From a virus (taxonomy: Duplodnaviria; Caudoviricetes): a stretch of 25,111 nt of DNA. Made by a program: the position numbers and the translations under genes. The stretch spans positions 1 through 25,111 of IMG/VR virus record IMGVR_UViG_3300012943_000059; one strand, given 5' to 3'. Under the pieces are notes generated by a model. It was not told the DNA's origin, made no database searches, and saw nothing but the letters and a program-made list of their open reading frames with translations. This document shows positions 7,812 to 15,830 of this stretch, one piece after another. The number at the start of each line of letters is the position of its first letter. Position 1 is the first letter of the stretch.

Positions 7812-8062
7812 GTCACGTCCCGGTCCGGGGTGAAACCCCAGTAGTAACGCGGTGTATGAGCGAATTCGAGGGTGCCCACCACACCATCGCTCTTGCGCCG
7901 GACCACCACGAACGGGGCCAGGAACCCGGTCACGTCGAAGTCCCGGCGCATCTCGGCGGTGTCCCAGACCTGCTGGCCCTGCTCGATCGCCATCCGCAGT
8001 AGGTGCGGCATCCCCGGGAGCATCGCCTTGCGGGTAGCCGCCGTGGGATCGGACGTCATCAT
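7808..8062 (-). CDS. Conserved-looking hypothetical protein, 84 aa (QVWDT...FDVTGFLAPFVVVRRKSDGVVGTLEFAHTPRYYWGF)
   Basis: ATGA overlap at 8059-8062; aromatic-rich beta-strand motif. Confidence 0.75.
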   Translation of the reverse strand: MMTSDPTAATRKAMLPGMPHLLRMAIEQGQQVWDTAEMRRDFDVTGFLAPFVVVRRKSDGVVGTLEFAHTPRYYWGFTPDRDVT

Positions 8063-8376
8063 CGGATCAGCGCCAATCGATCCTTGAAGACGTTCACGAA
8101 CTGCTCGATCGAGCAGATCGGGCCGTCGGGCAGGGCGTCGATAAAGTCGGAGCCGATCTGTACCTCCTCGTCGGTCAGGTCCCGCTCCGGGCCGATCAGC
8201 TCCTGACCGAGCCGGTCGAGGGTCACCGCCAGCACCTTCGAGGTCAGCCACACAGTCTGGGCCGTGGTGAGCTCGAACTCGTCGATGAGCACGCCAGCAG
8301 CCTTGGTCAGGATCAGGATGTCCTGAGCCCGACGGAGCGTCGCGGCGGCCGGGGACGGGTCAGTCGTCGTCGTCAT
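8059..8376 (-). CDS. Hypothetical protein, 105 aa
   Basis: GGAGG SD upstream of ATG 8376; overlaps the upstream stop. Confidence 0.7.
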   Translation of the reverse strand: MTTTTDPSPAAATLRRAQDILILTKAAGVLIDEFELTTAQTVWLTSKVLAVTLDRLGQELIGPERDLTDEEVQIGSDFIDALPDGPICSIEQFVNVFKDRLALIR

Positions 8377-8593
8377 CGTCGTCCTCCGCGAACATGGATT
8401 CCCAGCAAGCCGAGTGCATGCCGGTGATCAACAGCTCCAGGTCGGACCGACTCCAGGTCGGAAAGATCAACCGCAGTGCCGCGTGCGGCCGGTTCATCTG
8501 CTCGTACTGCTCGGCGGTCATCGTGACCACGGCGGCGTTGCCGCACCGGATGCACTTCGCACAGGTGACCTGAACGAGGGTGGGCTCAGTCAT
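8360..8593 (-). CDS. Small metal-binding phage protein, 77 aa (CIRCG...LIFP...ELLITGMHSACWESMF)
   Basis: CxxC plus HxxC; acidic tail; ATG 8593 overlaps the upstream stop. Confidence 0.7.
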   Translation of the reverse strand: MTEPTLVQVTCAKCIRCGNAAVVTMTAEQYEQMNRPHAALRLIFPTWSRSDLELLITGMHSACWESMFAEDDDDDDD

Positions 8594-9125
8594 CGCTGCC
8601 CTCGTCGTCCTCATCGTCCTCATCGTCGTCGTCTGGGTCACTGTCCAGCTCCACGTCGAGGATGTCGCCGCCCCTGACCAGTGTGTCGGCCATCAACTGC
8701 AGGTCGTCCAGGGTGTTCTCACCGCGGAACAGACGGTCGGCCTGCGGCCCGGTCAACTGCAACCGCTGGCGGGCATAGTCGGACACATACATCTGATGCG
8801 CCGGGTTGAGACACGACTTGCTGGTGCAGTTGCACTTGCTCGGATCGGCCACCATGTCCTGGCTGCCAAGCCCCCAGCGCGTCCCGTCGATCGCCACCAC
8901 CCAACCGGCCACGCAGAACGAGGTCCGGCACATCGGGTTGAGCGGGTCCTCCCGGAACTCCTCGTACTTCTCCTCCGGCTGACCATTGCGTCGCCAGGAG
9001 TCCTGGTCCCAGCGACGAAGGTTCTCCTCGACCAGGGCCACGATCTCGATCGCCAGCTCCGGGCCTTGCAGGGCGCGGACCCGTTGGTAGTAGTCGAGGC
9101 GGGCCTGAGCCTCCGCAGTACTCAT
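8586..9125 (-). CDS. Phage protein with CRTSFCVAGW motif, 179 aa (paralog of 4136..4570)
   Basis: ATGA overlap at 9122-9125; shared QxSW / CxTxxCxAGW / LxL...AxxLF motifs. Confidence 0.8.
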   Translation of the reverse strand: MSTAEAQARLDYYQRVRALQGPELAIEIVALVEENLRRWDQDSWRRNGQPEEKYEEFREDPLNPMCRTSFCVAGWVVAIDGTRWGLGSQDMVADPSKCNCTSKSCLNPAHQMYVSDYARQRLQLTGPQADRLFRGENTLDDLQLMADTLVRGGDILDVELDSDPDDDDEDDEDDEGSDD

Positions 9126-9403
9126 CGGACCACCATCATCGGTGAGATGGTGCCGAGTGCGGTGACGAGAGCCTGCCTGGCATCGTCCTTGGCCTGCCCG
9201 GTGAGGGTCCGCAGGGCCTCGACCACCTGCTCCCGCAGGACATGATCGGACTGCACGAAATAGGTCAGCCCGACCCAGAGCCGAGCCATTTCGATCCGAT
9301 CAAGCGGTATCTCGTCACCGAGCCGGACCAGGTTGTAGAAATCGTCCCGGCCACCGGCCTCGATGTACTGCACAATTACTTCCTCACTCAGTCGCATGGA
9401 CAT
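9122..9403 (-). CDS. Hypothetical protein, ~93 aa
   Basis: GAGAGGAG SD at 9405-9412 (minus); start at 9403 or 9397. Confidence 0.75.
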   Translation of the reverse strand: MSMRLSEEVIVQYIEAGGRDDFYNLVRLGDEIPLDRIEMARLWVGLTYFVQSDHVLREQVVEALRTLTGQAKDDARQALVTALGTISPMMVVR

Positions 9404-9414
9404 TCTCCTCTCAA

Positions 9415-9552
9415 TTACGCGACGTGAAATTGCCGATCACAGGTAGGGCAGTAGTGCCTCCTCTCGTGGGCGTAGACCAGGGAGCAGGGATGGCCCCGGG
9501 GACACTGTTGGGGGCAGAGCACCCGGATGCGGTCGGGTCGATACCAGTTCAC
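9415..9552 (-). CDS. Small Cys/His-rich protein, 45 aa (CPQQCPRGHPC...HERRHYCPTC)
   Basis: GTGA overlap at 9549-9552. Confidence 0.55.
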   Translation of the reverse strand: MNWYRPDRIRVLCPQQCPRGHPCSLVYAHERRHYCPTCDRQFHVA

Positions 9553-10022
9553 GGGACCACACTGGGCACGTAACGCGCGCCGTGCAGCGCCTGGGCCTGT
9601 TCGTTGCGCCAGGCGGTCGCCTCCTCGATCGTGGCGAAGCACCGATCCCGCAGGATGCCCCGGCTCCTGACCCGGGCTCGCCAGGTCCCGTTCCGCTCCT
9701 GACTGATTCCGCGGACCCCGGACTGGGCGCGCACCGGGTACGGGACGGCCAGGTAGGACAACAGGACACTTGCGCAGTGGTAGCAATGTGGCTGCCCGGT
9801 CCCGACGTTCCGGCCGTGCGGGCACGAACAGGTCATCCAGGTCATCGACCAACGACCGCCGTGCCACCGGACATCCTCCTGGACCCGGTAGCGATCGCCA
9901 CCTGGCCGAAGGGACTCGACCCACCAGACGTGCTTGTCGGAGTCGTCCCGGGCCAGTAACCGGCGGCGAACCACCTCACGGGCCTTGCGAATGGTCTCGT
10001 CGGAGAACTCCGGGAAGGTCAT
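9549..10022 (-). CDS. SWIM-type zinc finger fused to an AP2-like DNA-binding domain, 157 aa
   Basis: YRV...TCSCPHG...CYH (SWIM CxC-xn-CxH), then SGVRGI...WRARVR...FATIEEATAWRNEQAQALHG (AP2-like); G-rich SD before ATG 10022. Confidence 0.7.
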   Translation of the reverse strand: MTFPEFSDETIRKAREVVRRRLLARDDSDKHVWWVESLRPGGDRYRVQEDVRWHGGRWSMTWMTCSCPHGRNVGTGQPHCYHCASVLLSYLAVPYPVRAQSGVRGISQERNGTWRARVRSRGILRDRCFATIEEATAWRNEQAQALHGARYVPSVVP

Positions 10023-10188
10023 CAGTCCCCACCCTCCCTGCCCCACATCGTGCCCGTCATCGGTCCTGTCCAGTGTACTACAGACAACCGACATACCAAA
10101 CCGGGGTGGCGCCCACCTAAGACGTACGATGGTAATACAGATAGCCCGCGACGACCGGCCACCCCGCCGGGAGGGAGTTCGGAGAGAG
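10023..10188. promoter_or_regulatory. Divergent promoter region
   Basis: Strand switch; minus-strand TGTAG-TACACT (10082-10072); plus-strand TACGAT (10125-10130) followed by GGTAATAC. Confidence 0.6.
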
Positions 10189-10458
10189 ATGACCATGACC
10201 AGGACACGACAGCGTCGACCACGTCGACCTGTCGGCACCAAGGAGGACCCGGTGCGATCGGTGCGGATCAGTGACGATCTGTGGATACCGGCGCGACGGC
10301 GAGCCGAACGGGAGGGCGTGACGATGTCCCACGTCCTCGTGTCGATCGTCGAGGGCTACGCGAACAAGGCTCTGGACCTGCCCCGGGTGCAGGTCCACTA
10401 CGGGCCGGTGGAGACGCCGCCGAAGGTGGTGGAGGCAGACGAGGTGGTTCAGCCGTAG
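10189..10458 (+). CDS. Ribbon-helix-helix DNA-binding protein, 89 aa
   Basis: PVRSVRISDDLWIPARRRAEREGVTMSHVLVSIVEGY has the RHH strand-helix-G-helix pattern; SD GGAG(AG); start at 10189 or 10195. Confidence 0.85.
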   Translation: MTMTRTRQRRPRRPVGTKEDPVRSVRISDDLWIPARRRAEREGVTMSHVLVSIVEGYANKALDLPRVQVHYGPVETPPKVVEADEVVQP

Positions 10459-10481
10459 ATTCTCGACATCGCACTCACAGG

Positions 10482-10520
10482 AAAAAGGCCCCGGGGTCGC
10501 CACCCCGGGGTCTTCTGTTT
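10482..10520 (+). terminator. Intrinsic terminator, possibly bidirectional
   Basis: AAAAAGGCCCCGGGGT-cgcc-ACCCCGGGGTCTT followed by CTGTTT; A-tract on the 5' side. Confidence 0.75.
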
Positions 10521-10532
10521 CAAGGAGAAATT

Positions 10533-12611
10533 GTGTCCACCTACCAGCCTAATGCAGACGTGGCAGTCGCGGCATTCCAGCGTGGCTACGTCCCGGTCCC
10601 GATCATGGCGGGCAGCAAGCGACCCTACGGAACGGACTGGCAGCACACTCACTGGCAATCCAGTGACGAGGTCGAGGCGGCCTTCGAGCAGTGGCACGAC
10701 GACGGTATCCCCGGCGTCGGCCTGCTCCTCGGCGAACCGTCCGGTGGCCTGGTCGACATCGACCTCGACCACCCGCTGGCATTGCGGCTGCGCCAGGCCC
10801 TGCTGCCCAAGACCGAGATGATGCACGACCGGGTGGGGCGGCCGATGAGCCACCACTGGTTCCGGGTCACCGAGAGCCTGCCGTCGACCCGGGCCTACAA
10901 GATGCCGGACGGCGCCACGATCATCGAGGTCCGCTCGACCGGTGCCCAGACGGTCATCCCACCGACCGTGCACCCCACCGGGGAGCAGTACCGGTGGGTG
11001 GGCGAGCCCTGGGGCGGCAACGGCCCGGCCACGATCGACGGCCTGGTGCTGGGGTCCCGGGTCGCCATGATTGCCCTGGCCGCCATCCTGATCGAGGGCT
11101 GGCCCGAGCAGGGCGGCCGACACGAGGCGTACCTCGCCCTGGCCGGGGCGACGCTGCGCCTGCGCGACGGCATCCACCCGTGGTGGGCGGACGTGACCCC
11201 GCAACTGATCCAGCTCATTGCGTATGAGACCCACGACGAGGACGGCGCGCGGGCTCGGGTCAAGGAGGTCATGGAGTCGACCCTGTCCCGGCTGCGGGAC
11301 GGACGACCGGCGACCGGCTGGACCCGCCTCGGGGAACTGATCGGCGCCGAGTTCATGGACCGGGCACGCCGCCTCGTCCGCGACATCGAGGCGATGGTCG
11401 GCACCGAATCCGATCGCCGGGGACCGAGCCACGAAGACGGCGATGGCACCGCGAGCGAGGGCGTCCCACCGAGCCGGTCGAACGTGGACACCTCCAAGGT
11501 GAGCTGGCAGCGCGTCGACCTCGGCCCGTACCTACGCGGTGAGATCGTCCTGCCCGACCCCGGGGTGCTGGTCCGGGTGGACGGGCAGGGCCTGATGTAC
11601 CCCGGTCGGGTCAACTCCCTGTTCGGCCGGTCGGAGGCGGCCAAGAGCTGGCTCGCCCTGCTGGCGTGCAGGCAGGAGATCGGGCGCAACGGCCGGGCGA
11701 TCTACCTCGACTTCGAGGATCACCCGGTGCTGATGACCGACCGGATCAAACGACTCGGTTTCGACACCAGGGACGCTGAGGACCACTTCGCCTACGTCAA
11801 CCCCGGGCATCCGATCGCGCCCCTGCAGTACTCCCGCTGGGGCCAGCACGAGCCCAATGACGTCGGCAAGCTCAACGACCAAGTGTTTCGTGAGCTGCTC
11901 GACCCGAAGGGGTTCAACCCGACCCTGATCGTGGTCGACGGGATGACGAGCCTCTACGCCACCCACGGCCTGTCGACCAACGACGCCGTGGGCACCGAGC
12001 TGATTTCCTCCTGGCTCAAGTGGCTGACCCTGAGCGGGACCGCCCCCGAGGGTCGGACCGTCGTCCTGATCGACCACATGGGCAAGGGCGAGGGGGACGG
12101 CCCGATCGGTGCCCACCACAAGATCGCGATGGTTCAGGGCACCGCGATCCGGGTCGTGGTGATCGACCGGCCCGCCAAGGGCCGGGTCGGGATCATGTCG
12201 CTGATCGTCGCCAAGGACCGGCCGGGGGCGATCCGGGCGTTGAGCGACGGCAAGGGCAAGGACCAGAAGATCGGCAAGGCGATCCTGGACTCCACCGACC
12301 CCGACCGGTCGACCCTGACGATCGAGACCCCGGACCCCAACGAGATGGACACCCCGGAGGTCACCGACAACGCCCTCACGAGGGCGGCCAAACGCTCCCC
12401 GCAGTCGTTGCTCCAGGACGCCATGCTGGCCCGGTTCGAGCCACCGGACGTGGTCATCCGATCGGCCGACCTGCCGGTGATGCTCGACGCCTCCAAGGCC
12501 ATGTGCCGGACCGCCCGGGAGGCTCTGGTTGCGGGTGGATTCCTGGAACGGGTACCCGGTCACTACGACAACGACCTGCATTTGCGTCGACCGACGCCCC
12601 CGTCCGTGTGA
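10533..12611 (+). CDS. Bifunctional DNA primase/polymerase fused to a RepA-like P-loop helicase, 692 aa
   Basis: AAGGAG SD then GTG 10533; Prim-Pol motifs KRP, GVGLLLG..GLVDIDLD, HHWF, QTVIPPTVHPTGEQYRW; Walker A-like GRSEAAKS, YLDFED, Walker B LIVVDG, LIDH. Confidence 0.9.
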   Translation: MSTYQPNADVAVAAFQRGYVPVPIMAGSKRPYGTDWQHTHWQSSDEVEAAFEQWHDDGIPGVGLLLGEPSGGLVDIDLDHPLALRLRQALLPKTEMMHDRVGRPMSHHWFRVTESLPSTRAYKMPDGATIIEVRSTGAQTVIPPTVHPTGEQYRWVGEPWGGNGPATIDGLVLGSRVAMIALAAILIEGWPEQGGRHEAYLALAGATLRLRDGIHPWWADVTPQLIQLIAYETHDEDGARARVKEVMESTLSRLRDGRPATGWTRLGELIGAEFMDRARRLVRDIEAMVGTESDRRGPSHEDGDGTASEGVPPSRSNVDTSKVSWQRVDLGPYLRGEIVLPDPGVLVRVDGQGLMYPGRVNSLFGRSEAAKSWLALLACRQEIGRNGRAIYLDFEDHPVLMTDRIKRLGFDTRDAEDHFAYVNPGHPIAPLQYSRWGQHEPNDVGKLNDQVFRELLDPKGFNPTLIVVDGMTSLYATHGLSTNDAVGTELISSWLKWLTLSGTAPEGRTVVLIDHMGKGEGDGPIGAHHKIAMVQGTAIRVVVIDRPAKGRVGIMSLIVAKDRPGAIRALSDGKGKDQKIGKAILDSTDPDRSTLTIETPDPNEMDTPEVTDNALTRAAKRSPQSLLQDAMLARFEPPDVVIRSADLPVMLDASKAMCRTAREALVAGGFLERVPGHYDNDLHLRRPTPPSV

Positions 12612-12662
12612 TGTCCGTTTTGGCCTTATCTGTCTGTTCCTAATGTGCTTGTGTGCTGGTGT

Positions 12663-12693
12663 GTGTGTCCTTATCTCTTAGATAAGGACACAC
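12663..12693. repeat. Perfect 14-bp inverted repeat with a 3-nt loop
   Basis: GTGTGTCCTTATCT-ctt-AGATAAGGACACAC. Confidence 0.95.
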
Positions 12694-12713
12694 CACACAC
12701 ACACACACACACA
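12694..12713. repeat. (CA)10 dinucleotide tract
   Basis: Read directly from the sequence. Confidence 0.95.
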
Positions 12714-12814
12714 GACACTTAACCCATGTTTGGCCACCAAATTAAACCCTGTTTTGCCTGATAAACGCACATGGTAGTATACCAACGTCCTACAAACGCT
12801 GCTGGGAGTGGCTG

Positions 12815-14452
12815 GTGACCCTGTTCAAACCGGGCGGACCGGTACGATTCGCCCACCAACGACGGGGACTGGCCAAGCTGATCGACACCCGGGGCGTCGC
12901 CGCCCTGCTGTTCGATCCGGGGCTGGGCAAGACCGCGGTGGTACTCGACTACTCGTGCCTCCTGGCGCTCAAAGCACCGTCGGGGGAGGCACGGGTACTC
13001 GTGGTCTGTCCGCTGGCGGCGGTGGACACCTGGGTGCTACAGGCCGGAACCTTCGTCAGCCCACAGGTCAACTACTGGGCCGAGGCCCTCGGCGGCAACC
13101 TGAAACAGCGGGCCGAGGCACTGACCGCCCGGGGTGGTGGGCCGGTGACCCCCGCCCCACCCCGATCGTCGCGTACGGGGCGACCTGGCCGGGTCAACGG
13201 CCGGGTTTTGCACCATCGCCGCTCGATCGCCTGGGACGCCCGGACCGACGGCAACGACGATCCGACGGAGATCGACCAGATCGGCGGTCCCCGGGTCGTC
13301 CTCGTCGTGCTCAACATCGACAGCTTCGCCAGTCGTGCCCGGGTATCCCGTTCGGTCACGATGGCCGACCGGATGGTCGACGCGGTCAAGGCGTTCTCCC
13401 CCGACCTCGTGGTGATCGACGAGAGCCACCGGATCAAGTCCCCCACCGGCAACGCCAGCCGAGCCCTCGCCCGAGTCACCCGGATCGCCCCCCGGCGGGT
13501 GCTCCTGACCGGCACGGTGATGCCACACGGTCCCCTGGACGTGTTCGCCCAGTGGCGCTTCCTGGACCCCACGGCGTTCGGCGATCTGCAACCGGACGGC
13601 TCCCGGAGACCGGCCACCTACGGGGCCTTCAAGAACCGCTACGCGATCATGGGCGGCTACATGGGCTGGCAGGTGACCGGCTACCGCGACCTCGATCACA
13701 TGCAGGCGGTGATGGGTCAACGGGCGGTGGTGGCCCGCAAGGCCGACTCCCTCGACCTGCCGCCGACCACCGACGCCATCGTGCCGGTCTCGCTGACCCC
13801 GGACGAGCAGCTGGCGTACCAGGACATGAAGCGAACCCTGGTCACCCGGTTCGCGGACGGCTCCCTGACCAGTGCCCCGAACCTGCTGGCTCAGATGATG
13901 CGCCTGCGGCAGATCACCGCCGGGCACCTACCGGACGACAACGGCACCGTCCGGGTGATCGGGAACAGCAAGGCCGCGACGATCACCAGCCTCGTGCACG
14001 ACACCCTCGTGGGGGAGAACCGCATCGTCATCTTCGCGGTCTTCACCGCCGAGATCGCCCAACTCCGGGACTCCCTGGCCGAGCCGGGGACGGTGGTCGA
14101 GGTCATCGACGGGAGTACCTCGAACAAGGACCGGCTGGCGATCCGGGCCAGGTTCGGAGACCTGTCCGGCCACCCGGAGCGGATCGTCCTGCTCGCCCAG
14201 ATCAGGACGATGAGCCTGGCGGTCAACGAGCTGGTCACCGCGTCACATGCAATATTCGCCAGCCTGTCGCAGCGGCGTGACGACTTCGAGCAGGCCAAGG
14301 CCCGACTCGACCGTCAGGGTCAGACCAAGCCGGTGACGTTCTGGCTCGCCCAAGTACCGGGCACGGTGGACGAGGTGATCTACCGGAGCCATCGGCAGCG
14401 GACCGATCTGGAATCCGCAATGCTCGCCCACCTTCGCTCAGATACCGTCTGA
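12815..14452 (+). CDS. SNF2-family (SF2) DNA helicase, 545 aa
   Basis: HQ Q-motif, DPGLGKT, VLVVCPLA, VIDESHRIK, LLTGTVM, MRLRQI, QAKARLDRQGQTKPV. Confidence 0.93.
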   Translation: MTLFKPGGPVRFAHQRRGLAKLIDTRGVAALLFDPGLGKTAVVLDYSCLLALKAPSGEARVLVVCPLAAVDTWVLQAGTFVSPQVNYWAEALGGNLKQRAEALTARGGGPVTPAPPRSSRTGRPGRVNGRVLHHRRSIAWDARTDGNDDPTEIDQIGGPRVVLVVLNIDSFASRARVSRSVTMADRMVDAVKAFSPDLVVIDESHRIKSPTGNASRALARVTRIAPRRVLLTGTVMPHGPLDVFAQWRFLDPTAFGDLQPDGSRRPATYGAFKNRYAIMGGYMGWQVTGYRDLDHMQAVMGQRAVVARKADSLDLPPTTDAIVPVSLTPDEQLAYQDMKRTLVTRFADGSLTSAPNLLAQMMRLRQITAGHLPDDNGTVRVIGNSKAATITSLVHDTLVGENRIVIFAVFTAEIAQLRDSLAEPGTVVEVIDGSTSNKDRLAIRARFGDLSGHPERIVLLAQIRTMSLAVNELVTASHAIFASLSQRRDDFEQAKARLDRQGQTKPVTFWLAQVPGTVDEVIYRSHRQRTDLESAMLAHLRSDTV

Positions 14453-14488
14453 CCAGGCGCGATGGGCTAACAGGTAAGCGTACGAAGG

Positions 14489-14537
14489 TCGACGGCGTGC
14501 GTTACGATAGTACAATTGTAGTACCCACCGAGAGGAG
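14489..14537 (+). promoter_or_regulatory. Putative SigA-like promoter, TGTAGTAC motif and SD
   Basis: TCGACG-N16-TACAAT (14511-14516), TGTAGTAC (14517-14524), GAGAGGAG (14530-14537). Confidence 0.65.
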
Positions 14538-14541
14538 AACT

Positions 14542-15789
14542 GTGACCGACAGTGACGAGGGCCTGTGGGCGTCCTACTCCCAGCTCACCACCCATCGCCT
14601 GTGCCGCCAGCGGTGGAACTACGCCCACCGACGCCGGTTGGAGCACTGGGACCCGGCCGATCCCCCATTGCACCGCGACTTCGGGTCCTGGTGGCACGCG
14701 CTACGCGCGGCCGACGCGATCGAGCGGGGTCGGGCACTGGGCACCCTGTGCTTCGCCCCGGAGACCCTGAGCACGGTGGACGAGGCGATGGTCCTGCCCG
14801 GCACGACCAGTCCACACGACGTGGTCGTGGCCGCGAACATGTGGTGGGCCTCGCGGCCGCAGGACATCCAGGACATGTGGGTGGACGCCCTGGGTGAGCC
14901 CCTCCCGGAGCGGCTGACCAACCTCTACGCCCGGTGGGTCGAGGAGTACGCCGACGACCGCGCCCACGAGGAGCCGCTGGCCGTCGAGGTCCGCTGGCAG
15001 CGGGACCTGCCGCCGGTCACCCGGCCGGACGGGATTCGGACCGGCTACGGAACTCTGGTCGGCTACGTGGACGAGCTGTACCGGGACCGCAAGCGGGGCC
15101 TGATCGTGGTTCGGGACCACAAGTCGAGCAAGGCGCTGGCCCCGACCACGGCGGCCGACGACATGATGGACAGCCAGCTTCAGCTCTACGCCTGGGGGAT
15201 GGGTCCGCAGGTGGCCGAGTGGGGCCTCGGCCCGATCCGGGCGGTGGCCTACGACCGAGCCCGGTCGGTCGCCCCGCAGCCGCCCAGGCTGACCCAGTCC
15301 GGTCGGCTCGCGGTGCGGGACGGGCAGCCCTCGGTCAACGGCACGAACCTGCAGACATACCTGCAGTGGGCCGCCGGGCCGGACGGGGAGGGGGTCTACT
15401 TCCCCGGGGCCAAGAAGGACGGGTCGGCCGGTGGCTACTACACCGCCGAGCCGAACATCGTGGAGAAGCTGAGCAGCCCGGCAGCCCGTTCGATCTGGTT
15501 TCAGCGGACCCTCGTCCCGCTGAACGTCAACCTGATCAAGGCCCACCTGGTGGCCGCGGTGGACTCGATGCTCGACATCCACGAGACGGTCGCCCGGGTG
15601 GAGCGGACCGGGGCCGCAAGTCGCAGCCTGACCTCGGCCTGCCGGTTCTGCGACTTCGTCAAGCTCTGCCGGGACGAGATGGTCGGCGGGACGGACGGGG
15701 CCTACGACCTGGGCGACTATCTACTGCGCGAACGGCCCCGGAACGGGGTCGAGGGGCGTCACCCGTTGGTTGTCCCTGTCACCCGTTAG
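14542..15789 (+). CDS. Cas4/RecB-like PD-(D/E)XK exonuclease with a 4-Cys Fe-S motif, 415 aa
   Basis: SYSQL...C, GYVDELY...VRDHKS, QLQLYAW, C-terminal CRFCDFVKLC; SD before GTG 14542. Confidence 0.88.
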   Translation: MTDSDEGLWASYSQLTTHRLCRQRWNYAHRRRLEHWDPADPPLHRDFGSWWHALRAADAIERGRALGTLCFAPETLSTVDEAMVLPGTTSPHDVVVAANMWWASRPQDIQDMWVDALGEPLPERLTNLYARWVEEYADDRAHEEPLAVEVRWQRDLPPVTRPDGIRTGYGTLVGYVDELYRDRKRGLIVVRDHKSSKALAPTTAADDMMDSQLQLYAWGMGPQVAEWGLGPIRAVAYDRARSVAPQPPRLTQSGRLAVRDGQPSVNGTNLQTYLQWAAGPDGEGVYFPGAKKDGSAGGYYTAEPNIVEKLSSPAARSIWFQRTLVPLNVNLIKAHLVAAVDSMLDIHETVARVERTGAASRSLTSACRFCDFVKLCRDEMVGGTDGAYDLGDYLLRERPRNGVEGRHPLVVPVTR

Positions 15790-15806
15790 TGGTACCCTTG
15801 TAGTAC
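15770..15806 (+). promoter_or_regulatory. Putative SigA-like promoter plus TGTAGTAC motif
   Basis: TTGTCC-N17-TACCCT (15793-15798), immediately followed by TGTAGTAC (15799-15806). Confidence 0.65.
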
Positions 15807-15830
15807 GTAACGACAATCCTCAGGAGAGCT

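Larger units (their letters stand above)
12612..12800. other. Putative replication origin (low-GC intergenic region)
   Basis: Lies between primase and helicase; 14-bp perfect IR; three CCTTATCT copies; (GT)n and (CA)10 tracts; AT-rich flank. Confidence 0.6.

Noticed and set aside
8360-8635. (TCG/TCA)n trinucleotide runs, also at 6162-6177
   Set aside because: They encode poly-Asp/Glu stretches of minus-strand proteins and are not independent repeats.
9549-9730. AP2-like segment as an HNH homing endonuclease or mobile element
   Set aside because: No HNH motif, and no intron or intein context.
10281-10532. Extended N-termini in the ORF track (10281, 16431, 17773, 19448, 21662, 22371, 23946)
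   Set aside because: They overlap other genes or a terminator; downstream starts with an SD, a -10 box or ATGA/GTGA coupling are better supported.
12808-14280. 490-aa alternative-frame ORF, and similar long shadow ORFs (10449..11432, 11532..12581, 14934..15803, 20292..21299)
   Set aside because: R/P/G-rich or antisense shadows of well-supported genes, expected in high-GC DNA.
14542-15789. Cas4-like gene as evidence of a CRISPR-Cas locus
   Set aside because: No repeat-spacer array or other cas genes; the context is phage recombination.
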